In this document: positions 35,547-42,833 of the stretch, one piece after another
Layout: every line of letters starts with the position of its first letter
Numbering within the stretch: position 1 is the first letter of the stretch
NCBI GenBank assembly: GCA_964361885.1
Contig: CAYICL010000003.1
Location: forward strand, 1 to 48,295
DNA: 48,295 bases
Source of the DNA: an uncultured Pseudomonadales bacterium
GTDB lineage: Bacteria; Patescibacteriota; Microgenomatia; UBA1400; CG1-02-47-37
Direction of reading: 5' to 3'
Translations under genes and position numbers: made by a program
The notes under the pieces: generated by a model
Seen by the model: the letters and a program-made list of their open reading frames with translations, nothing else
Told to the model about the DNA's origin: nothing
Databases searched by the model: none

Positions 35547-36291
35547 GTTTACAAAGGACGGACCCTTGTAAACTATGTATAATACAAATATGCCTGCCAA
35601 AAATATTATCAAAACCTATATTCAAAACGGTTATTATCACCTTTATAATCGCGGAGTCAACAAACGAAACATCTTTAAAAATCAGCAAGATTACGGTGTT
35701 TTTCTTGGCTACTTGAAACAATATCTCTCCCCAAATGATAAAAATCCTTGTTTAAGAAACATCACTGTTAAAAACAAAGTTTATAAAATTCTGACTCCCC
35801 CATGTAAAAACTATCATCATGATATCAAACTCCTGGCTTACTGTTTAATGCCTAATCATTTTCATTTATTAATTAAACAATTTTCCGAAAGAGGCATTGC
35901 CTCACTGATGAAATCTCTCGGCACCCGCTACACCATGTACTTTAACAAACGTTACCAACGCACCGGTCCTTTATTCCAAAGCCGTTATAAGGCCGTTTTA
36001 ATTGATAACGAAAACCAGCTGCTTCATCTCTCCCGCTATATTCATCTTAATCCCCTACCCAAAAACCCAACTCAACCCTCTAGTTATCCTAATTATCTTG
36101 GTCTAAACCATGCCACTTGGATTCAGCCCCAAGAAATCCTTACTTTCTTTAAAACCGCCCGCAAAACCAATCTGAATGATATTAGTTCATATCAAAGTTT
36201 TATTGAAGACTATTCTGAACCGCCTAAAACATTTTTAGAAAACCTTACCCTTGATTAGATTGTTTACAAAGGACGGACCCTTGTAAACTAT
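35547..36291 (+). mobile_element. REP/RAYT unit: IS200-like Y1 (HUH) transposase gene bracketed by two identical 27-nt (30-nt with flank) palindromic REP copies
   Basis: GTTTACAAAGGACGGACCCTTGTAAACTAT occurs at 35547-35576 and 36262-36291 in direct orientation. The unit fills the gap between two convergent gene ends exactly. Confidence 0.8.
35575..36258 (+). CDS. REP-associated tyrosine transposase (RAYT; IS200/IS605 TnpA-like Y1 HUH enzyme)
   Basis: YHLYNRGVNKRNIF, HUH motif in LMPNHFHLLIK, FQSRYKAVLI and the catalytic-Tyr region LSRYIHLNP. The start may be ATG 35590 (MPAKN), which lies 6 nt after a TATAAT. Confidence 0.8.
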   Translation: MYNTNMPAKNIIKTYIQNGYYHLYNRGVNKRNIFKNQQDYGVFLGYLKQYLSPNDKNPCLRNITVKNKVYKILTPPCKNYHHDIKLLAYCLMPNHFHLLIKQFSERGIASLMKSLGTRYTMYFNKRYQRTGPLFQSRYKAVLIDNENQLLHLSRYIHLNPLPKNPTQPSSYPNYLGLNHATWIQPQEILTFFKTARKTNLNDISSYQSFIEDYSEPPKTFLENLTLD

Positions 36292-37856
36292 AACTCCTGC
36301 TCGACCCGCTTCACCGCCTCGATTAACTTTTGATCCTCGGGGACAATTCCTAATGCCTTTTTAAACTCCGCCAATGCCGTTTGTTTATCACCTTTTTGAT
36401 AATAAATTGATCCTAACTGCTGATGTGACTGCCATAAACTCGGCTTAAACTTTAAAGCTTTCGTGTACCACTCTATTGCTTCGTCTAATTTTCCTTCCTG
36501 AAAATAAGTATTGGCTAAATTATGCATGGCATCCGCATAATTCTGGTTCAAACTAATTGCCTGCATAAAATGCCACTCTGCCTGCTTTAAATCCCCTCTT
36601 CTGCCATACAAATCCCCCAGATTGTTATGGTTTTGAGGGCTGGTTGGCGATGTCCGTTCTGCCGACAGCCATAAAACATCCTGATTTTGCCAATTACTAT
36701 TCCTCACCAAAGTCCTGATTATTAACAAACATACCAATAAAGTAATTACCGCCCAGCCAGCTTCTGTCTGCTTTGGTCTTTGGCTGAAACTAACCAACCC
36801 CCAAGCTGTCAAAACAAAAACGCCGATCGCCCCAAAATACACATACCTCTCTGCCACAATCCAGGCCACACCCAAAGGGAGTAATGTCGGGCTTAAACCG
36901 ATCACCAGCCAGGCTAAGAAAAACCCGGCTATGCCAAACTTGGCCTTACCTTTAAACCCCAGCCATAACAGCCCAGCGCTGACCAGAAAATAGATTATTG
37001 TTATTCCGGCCATCAGCCAGAATATTTCTTGAGTAATATTTAACTCCGAGTGGTACAAAGTCAACTTATCCGGCCAAAAAATTAATGAAAGATAATTAGC
37101 GATGGCTACCGGAATCTGAATCAATGGGTTAATCTTGGATCCGCCGCCGCCGGTGAACTCGGCTTCTAAATAACTTAATCTCGCTCCCACTTTTAAAAGA
37201 TTAATCGCCAGCCATAAGCCGCTTAAGCCAATGTATGGAACCAGATCTCCCCACCGTCCCCGTTTCTTCTCAATTACCAACCGGTAAACGAGTAAAATTC
37301 CCGGCAGTATTACCGCTTTTTCCGAATACTGTAAGGCTCCTAAGAAAAGTAAAATAGATGTTCCGTACTTCCACCAGCTGTCTTTGGCTTTAATGTAGAA
37401 AATTAAGCTCCAGATTAACAAAGCCGTATACCAGCTGTAACCTCCGCCCGATATCCAGGTAACTGACTCAATCATGATCGGATGCACTGCCACCAATACC
37501 GCTGCCACAGTCCCCACTGTCCGGTTAATTAGCCACCCCCCTAAAATCATTACTCCCACCGCCGTCATCAAATGCACCAAGATATTCACCAGTCTGAATG
37601 GCCAGGGTACAATCCCAAACCCATTGGCAATAATAAAATATATCAGTCTGTTTAAAACAATCGTCGGGTTTTTCACTACCCAGTCAAACTTAACAATCTC
37701 CGGATTATTGACAATCCCGTAAATGTCATCGGATACAAACGCATTGTCCAAAGTCCCTAAGTAGGCTATCCCTACTAAACCTGCCAATAAGCCTAATCTC
37801 CATTTATTTTGCTTAATCCAATCCATATTTTTTATTTTACACCATTCAGCCACCAA
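36288..37856 (-). CDS. Polytopic GT-C-like membrane protein with C-terminal TPR repeats
   Basis: About 11 TM segments, then TPR repeats (NNLGDLYGRRGDLKQAEWHFMQAISLNQNYADAMHNLANTYFQEGKLDEAIEWYTKALKFKP). A start at 37826 (MDWIKQ) would remove the overlap with the upstream gene. Confidence 0.6.
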   Translation of the reverse strand: MVAEWCKIKNMDWIKQNKWRLGLLAGLVGIAYLGTLDNAFVSDDIYGIVNNPEIVKFDWVVKNPTIVLNRLIYFIIANGFGIVPWPFRLVNILVHLMTAVGVMILGGWLINRTVGTVAAVLVAVHPIMIESVTWISGGGYSWYTALLIWSLIFYIKAKDSWWKYGTSILLFLGALQYSEKAVILPGILLVYRLVIEKKRGRWGDLVPYIGLSGLWLAINLLKVGARLSYLEAEFTGGGGSKINPLIQIPVAIANYLSLIFWPDKLTLYHSELNITQEIFWLMAGITIIYFLVSAGLLWLGFKGKAKFGIAGFFLAWLVIGLSPTLLPLGVAWIVAERYVYFGAIGVFVLTAWGLVSFSQRPKQTEAGWAVITLLVCLLIIRTLVRNSNWQNQDVLWLSAERTSPTSPQNHNNLGDLYGRRGDLKQAEWHFMQAISLNQNYADAMHNLANTYFQEGKLDEAIEWYTKALKFKPSLWQSHQQLGSIYYQKGDKQTALAEFKKALGIVPEDQKLIEAVKRVEQEL

Positions 37857-38668
37857 CTTTTACCGTCACTTTCTATTTGAATCGTTCCTTTTTCATCTGT
37901 CCTTAACACTTCTGCGCCAATTGCTTCCAGTCTCTTTAAAACCTCCGGTGTCGGATGTCCAAATTGATTCTTCCCCACCGAAATCACTGCCGCTTTTGGT
38001 CTGATTGTCTTTAAAAAACTTTCGCCGGAGCTGTATTTGCTGCCATGATGCCCGACCTTTAAAATTTCTACCGGTTCCCACTTGTTCCTCATTAAACTCT
38101 CTTCTTTTTCTCCGCTGTCACTGGTTAACAACCATTTAAAATTATTAAACCTGCCTTTTAGCACGGTGGCGATCTTATTAGTGTCTTTGATAAAACTGGC
38201 TGCTCCTAGAACTTGAGTTTCCGGCCAAATTGCTTCCAGCTCCACCGGCCCAAACCTCAATTTGTCTCCGCTGGTCAACTCTTTTGTCTTAATGCCCTGA
38301 CTTGCCACCAACTCCTTCAACTGCCAATATTCCGGAGTGTCATTAACTATATTGCTGGCCAAAAACTTTTCCACCCTGTATCTTCGAAATACCTCAATCA
38401 ACCCGGTCATATGATCGGCCTGCGGATGCGTCAACACCACTACCTCCAGCTTTCTGTCCCAAAAAGCCAGGTTTTTACCTAAACAATACAAGACTGAATT
38501 GTCCGGCCCGCCATCGATTAAAACTTGATAAGTTTTATAACTAACAATAATTGCATCTCCTTGCCCGACATTGCAAAATGTTAATCTTAAATTATTGTCC
38601 GGCCACTGGCCCATTAAAAAAATTACTAAACCGATAGTCAAACTCAAAACCAAATTAATTTTTTTCAT
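37832..38668 (-). CDS. comEC: ComEC C-terminal metallo-beta-lactamase domain protein, encoded as a separate ORF
   Basis: NVGQGDAII...VLTHPQADHMTGL...KVGHHGSKYS. ATGA overlap with the upstream ComEC channel ORF. Confidence 0.75.
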   Translation of the reverse strand: MKKINLVLSLTIGLVIFLMGQWPDNNLRLTFCNVGQGDAIIVSYKTYQVLIDGGPDNSVLYCLGKNLAFWDRKLEVVVLTHPQADHMTGLIEVFRRYRVEKFLASNIVNDTPEYWQLKELVASQGIKTKELTSGDKLRFGPVELEAIWPETQVLGAASFIKDTNKIATVLKGRFNNFKWLLTSDSGEKEESLMRNKWEPVEILKVGHHGSKYSSGESFLKTIRPKAAVISVGKNQFGHPTPEVLKRLEAIGAEVLRTDEKGTIQIESDGKSWWLNGVK

Positions 38669-39798
38669 AATCTGGAAAACTCTTCAATCACTCTGACCAT
38701 CACTGTCAAAGGCACATAGGTAAGCCAGCCAACCCACTGGCCCAAACCAGCACTAACCAATCCTACCCCCGCCAAAATCGCTCCCAATCCCATAATTATT
38801 GGCACCATCCACAGTATCAAACTATTAACTAATATGCTAAACCAACTCACCTGGCCAAAATTAATAAAAATAACCGGCCAAACCATCAACTGGGCTGCTG
38901 TTGTTTGACTAATATCTTTCCCAATCAACCACACCCTGCCAAACACTTTCTCCAGCCTCGGCGCTACTATTAATAGTCCTAAAGTTGCCAAAAACGACAG
39001 CTGAAAACCAATATCAAAAATAAACATCGGTTCTACTATTAACATCACTGCTACCGCTGCTGTTAAAAGCCTGACTCCGTCCGCTTTCCTGCCAAGCATT
39101 TGACCCAAATATCCTAAGCTGCCCATAATGGCTGCCCGGACTATGGCCGGTTCGGCTCCGGCCATGACCGTATAACCAATCACAAATAAAATTCCCAAGC
39201 TAATAGCGGTTCTTCGTTTAAATATCCCGGCTAAATAGGCCACCGTTGTCCCAATCACCACTGTTACGTTGTAGCCTGAAGCCACCACAATATGCAAAGT
39301 GCCGGTTCTTTGCAAAGCTTGCCAAAACTTGCTTGGTAGGTTTCTTTTGACTCCCAACACTATTCCCGCCAGTAAGCTGGCCTCCGGTTCAGGCAAACTA
39401 GTGTTATAAACCAACTCAATCCGTTGCTTTAACCTTAAAACTGCCTCTTTCCAATCAAAGCCTATAAACTGCCACCTATCGGCCTCCATTAAACTAATGT
39501 CCGGATACATCAAACTAAATTGACTATACCATCTGTTTACTACTTTCCTCTGGAGAGTGCCAGAAATAGTCAATTTTTGACCATATTCATACTCCGGATA
39601 CTGTTTGGCTATGACCCGAATCCGACCCATATTCAGTCTTTGTGACCTACCCTGTAGTAAAGGTTCTGAAGATACTCTTCCCACCAGCTTAATTTCCCTA
39701 CCTTCTAATTGTCCAAGTTTTGCCTCAGCCTGAAATGAATTAAAAAATCTAGCAACAAATATTATTAACCATATCAAGAGCACTATGACCGGCTTCAT
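38665..39798 (-). CDS. comEC: ComEC/Rec2 DNA-uptake channel (OB-like N-domain plus Competence membrane domain)
   Basis: LLAGIVLGVKRNLPSKFWQALQRTGTLHIVVASGYNV...AGAEPAIVRAAIMG, with multiple TM helices. Confidence 0.75.
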   Translation of the reverse strand: MKPVIVLLIWLIIFVARFFNSFQAEAKLGQLEGREIKLVGRVSSEPLLQGRSQRLNMGRIRVIAKQYPEYEYGQKLTISGTLQRKVVNRWYSQFSLMYPDISLMEADRWQFIGFDWKEAVLRLKQRIELVYNTSLPEPEASLLAGIVLGVKRNLPSKFWQALQRTGTLHIVVASGYNVTVVIGTTVAYLAGIFKRRTAISLGILFVIGYTVMAGAEPAIVRAAIMGSLGYLGQMLGRKADGVRLLTAAVAVMLIVEPMFIFDIGFQLSFLATLGLLIVAPRLEKVFGRVWLIGKDISQTTAAQLMVWPVIFINFGQVSWFSILVNSLILWMVPIIMGLGAILAGVGLVSAGLGQWVGWLTYVPLTVMVRVIEEFSRL

Positions 39799-39814
39799 TT
39801 GTTATAAGATCATA

Positions 39815-40390
39815 TTAATAAACCGCTACCTTTTCCTTAATCGCTTCATACACATTACTTTTCACCGCTTTTTTTGTCAGCAACTCCTCCACTGACCCAT
39901 ACGGCCGGTTTGAAATAATCTTTTCTGCCGTGGCCGGCCCCACTCCCCAAAGCGTATCCAGCTCGGCGCTTGACGCGGTATTGATGTTTACAAAGGACGG
40001 ACCTTTGTAAACATTTTGAGAAGGTCCGTCCTTATTGGATTCTTCTTGACTCGGAATATATACCTTCTGGCCGTCAACAATTTTGGCAGCCAAATTTAAG
40101 TTTTTATTCAACCATTCCCTGTCTGCTTTTTCTCCTAAGCCGCCGGCGACGACTAAGGCATCATTCATTCTGGCTCCAAGGCTTAACTTATACAATCCGG
40201 GCTTCATCACTGCTCCGGCTACATCCACATACACATACACCTCTTTTTCCTGCTCTACGATCTCTACCCCTCTATCAGTCGCTTTATTGCTGATCAATAT
40301 TGCTGAAAACACTCCGACAATCAATAACAGTATTCCCGCCAATCCCACGGTCAACCAATATGGTTTGGCTTTCAATTCCTTTATCCTCAT
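39815..40390 (-). CDS. comEA: ComEA DNA receptor (SLBB domain plus helix-hairpin-helix)
   Basis: VAGAVMKPGLYKLSLGARMNDALVVAGG (SLBB) and INTASSAELDTLWGVGPATAEKIISNRPYGSVEEL (HhH). The REP doublet sits in the inter-domain linker. Confidence 0.8.
   Translation of the reverse strand: MRIKELKAKPYWLTVGLAGILLLIVGVFSAILISNKATDRGVEIVEQEKEVYVYVDVAGAVMKPGLYKLSLGARMNDALVVAGGLGEKADREWLNKNLNLAAKIVDGQKVYIPSQEESNKDGPSQNVYKGPSFVNINTASSAELDTLWGVGPATAEKIISNRPYGSVEELLTKKAVKSNVYEAIKEKVAVY
39986..40033. repeat. REP doublet (full REP 39986-40012 plus inverted core AAGGTCCGTCCTT at 40021-40033) inside comEA
   Basis: Read directly. Encodes NKDGPSQNVYKGPSFVN on the minus strand. Confidence 0.9.
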
Positions 40391-42786
40391 ACCACCAGAT
40401 TCACCAGTTTTCCCGGCACAAACACCTCTTTGACTACTTTTTTCCCTGCCAAATAAACCTTCACCTTTTCGCTTAACTTAGCCATTGCCAGGACTTTTTC
40501 CTTATCACCGGCTTGTTCCCGATCCAACACCAGCCTGTCTCTAAGCTTAGCATTCACTTGAATTACCACTGTTACCGTCTCGCCCTTGGCAAACTCTTTA
40601 TCATATTCCGGCCAAGCTTGCTGATGCACCGAAAACTTACCTCCAAGCTTCTGCCACAACTCCTCGCTTATATACGGTGCCATCGGCGCCAATAGCAAAA
40701 TCAAAGTCTTAACTGCCTCTGAAAACACCTCCGAGGTGTGAACTTCTTTCACCTCGGAGGTGAATAATCTCTCCAACTCATTAACATACTCCATTAAAGC
40801 CGCAATCCCCACATTAAACCTAAACTCTTTCATTGCCTGAGTGACTCGCTTAACTGTCTGGTGTTGCAACCGACGCAAGCCTTCAAGGTCCGTCCTTGTA
40901 GGCTTATTGTTTACAAAGGACGGACCTTTGTAAACCAACTTCCACACCCGGTTTAGAAACCGCCTCATTCCTTTCATGCCTGTGTCTTGAAAATCACCGC
41001 CCTGATCATACGGCCCGATAAACATTAGATACATCCGCAAAGCATCCACTCCGTACTTATCTATATACTCATCCGGATTGACAATATTGCCTTTACTCTT
41101 ACTCATCTTGGCTCCGTCTTTAATAATCAAGCCGTGCCCATACAAAAACGGAAACGGCTCATCTCCCAAACTCTTAGGAATATAGCCAAAATCCTGCAAA
41201 GCCATCCAGATAAATCGGGAATACATCAGGTGCAGCACAGCATGTTCTGCTCCGCCGATATAAGCGTCAACCGGCAGCCACTTCTTGGTAACTTCCGGAT
41301 CAAAAGGCAAATTAGACACTCCCGAGGTGGCAGATTTTTTCACCTCGGGAGTGTGATTGACCGACGGATAGCGCAGGAAATACCACGAACTGTCCAAAAA
41401 TGTGTCGCTCACATCTGTTTCCCGTTTCGCTTTGCCTTTGCATGAAGGGCATTTGGTATATAACCAATCATCTCCGGCCTTCTGAAGCGGCGACTTGCCG
41501 TCTCCAGTCGGTTTAAAATCTTTGACGTACGGCAGTTTCACCGGCAGATTCTTTTCTTTTTCTGCTTGCCATTTACATTTCTCGCAATAAATCATCGGAA
41601 TCGGCGGCCCCCAGTACCGCTGCCGGCTGATACACCAATCCCTTAACCGGTAATTTATCTTTTTCCTCACTCCGCCTAATTTTGCCAACTGTTTAAAAAC
41701 TTCATCTTGATTTTTCAAAACATCTACTACCAATAACTTATGTTTCTTGGCAAAAGCCATATCTCTCTCGTCATGAGCCGGCACCCCCATCACCGCTCCG
41801 GTACCATAATCTTTCAGCACAAAATCGGCTATCCAAATCGGCATTAACTTGCCTGTTAATGGATGAGTCACTTTGTAACCAGTATCCACTCCCGTTTTAC
41901 TTTTCTCTCCTTCTTTTCTCTGTTGCTCAGTTTTATCTAAAGCTTTTTTTACATAATTCATCACTGCTTTATTTGTGGTCAAACTGCTCACCAAAGGATG
42001 TTCCGGGGCTAAACATAAAAAAGTGGCTCCAAAAATCGTGTCCAGTCTGGTAGTAAAGGTGGTAACTTTTTTATCCATGCCTTTAACTTGCCAGTCAACT
42101 TCGACTCCCTTGCTCCGGCCGATCCAGTTTCTCTGAACCGTCTTGATCTTCTCCGGCCAATCAATCTTGTCAATATTGTCTAAAAGTCTTTGAGCATACT
42201 TAGTTATCTTAAAAAACCACTGGAAAGTTTCTTTTTTTTCCGTCACGGTTTTACACCGCTCGCATAATCCGGCTTCTACCTGTTCATCGGCCAGCACCGT
42301 TTTGCATGACGGACACCAGTTAACCAAAGATTTCTTCCTATAAGCCAATCCTTTCTCAAACATCTTAATAAACAACCACTGGGTCCATTTATAGTATTCC
42401 GGATCATAAGTTTCTAACCGGTTCTCCCAGGAAAACCGGTTGCCGATCCGTGATAATTGTTCGTAAAAATGTTTCTCGCTAATCTTGGCTTGATCTGCCG
42501 GATGCTTAGCGATCTGAATCGCATAGTTTTCCGAGTGAATCCCAAACCCGTCCAACCCGATCGGCTCAAACACCTGATAGCCATTCATCGCCTTGTACCT
42601 GCCGTAAAAGTCTGCCCCGGTAAAAGCATACATATTGCCCACATGTAAACCCTCTGCCGACGGATACGGAAACATCATCAGGTTGTAAAATTTCTTCTTG
42701 GGGTTTTTCAAATCCACTTGATATATCTTGGCTTTCTGCCACTTTTTTTCCCACTTGGTCTCAATAGTTTTGGAATTATAATCCAT
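40387..42786 (-). CDS. leuS: Leucine--tRNA ligase
   Basis: PYPSAEGLHVGNMYAF (HIGH), CxxC zinc motifs, KMSKSKGN and RFLNRVWKLV. Three in-frame palindromic cassettes. Confidence 0.9.
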   Translation of the reverse strand: MDYNSKTIETKWEKKWQKAKIYQVDLKNPKKKFYNLMMFPYPSAEGLHVGNMYAFTGADFYGRYKAMNGYQVFEPIGLDGFGIHSENYAIQIAKHPADQAKISEKHFYEQLSRIGNRFSWENRLETYDPEYYKWTQWLFIKMFEKGLAYRKKSLVNWCPSCKTVLADEQVEAGLCERCKTVTEKKETFQWFFKITKYAQRLLDNIDKIDWPEKIKTVQRNWIGRSKGVEVDWQVKGMDKKVTTFTTRLDTIFGATFLCLAPEHPLVSSLTTNKAVMNYVKKALDKTEQQRKEGEKSKTGVDTGYKVTHPLTGKLMPIWIADFVLKDYGTGAVMGVPAHDERDMAFAKKHKLLVVDVLKNQDEVFKQLAKLGGVRKKINYRLRDWCISRQRYWGPPIPMIYCEKCKWQAEKEKNLPVKLPYVKDFKPTGDGKSPLQKAGDDWLYTKCPSCKGKAKRETDVSDTFLDSSWYFLRYPSVNHTPEVKKSATSGVSNLPFDPEVTKKWLPVDAYIGGAEHAVLHLMYSRFIWMALQDFGYIPKSLGDEPFPFLYGHGLIIKDGAKMSKSKGNIVNPDEYIDKYGVDALRMYLMFIGPYDQGGDFQDTGMKGMRRFLNRVWKLVYKGPSFVNNKPTRTDLEGLRRLQHQTVKRVTQAMKEFRFNVGIAALMEYVNELERLFTSEVKEVHTSEVFSEAVKTLILLLAPMAPYISEELWQKLGGKFSVHQQAWPEYDKEFAKGETVTVVIQVNAKLRDRLVLDREQAGDKEKVLAMAKLSEKVKVYLAGKKVVKEVFVPGKLVNLVV
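40726..40762. repeat. Family-2 doublet CACCTCCGAGGTG-N11-CACCTCGGAGGTG in leuS
   Basis: Read directly. Encodes TSEVKEVHTSEV on the minus strand. Confidence 0.85.
40885..40935. repeat. REP doublet (inverted core AAGGTCCGTCCTT at 40885-40897 plus full REP 40909-40935) inside leuS
   Basis: Read directly. Encodes VYKGPSFVNNKPTRTDL on the minus strand. Confidence 0.9.
41317..41353. repeat. Family-2 doublet CACTCCCGAGGTG-N11-CACCTCGGGAGTG in leuS
   Basis: Read directly. The arms are identical to the 303-339 copy. Encodes TPEVKKSATSGV on the minus strand. Confidence 0.9.
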
Positions 42787-42818
42787 AATCAGTTATCATA
42801 TCAAAAAAAATCACCTTC

Positions 42819-42827
42819 TGCTATAAT
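42819..42827 (+). promoter_or_regulatory. Extended -10 element (TGCTATAAT) 6 nt upstream of ATG 42834, suggesting a leaderless transcript
   Basis: Read directly. No Shine-Dalgarno sequence fits between the -10 and the ATG. Confidence 0.4.
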
Positions 42828-42833
42828 ATTTTT

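Noticed and set aside
7117-40935. The recurring 27-nt repeats might be a CRISPR array.
   Set aside because: The copies are kilobases apart, lie inside genes, are palindromic, and are not arranged as regularly spaced repeat-spacer units. No cas genes are present.
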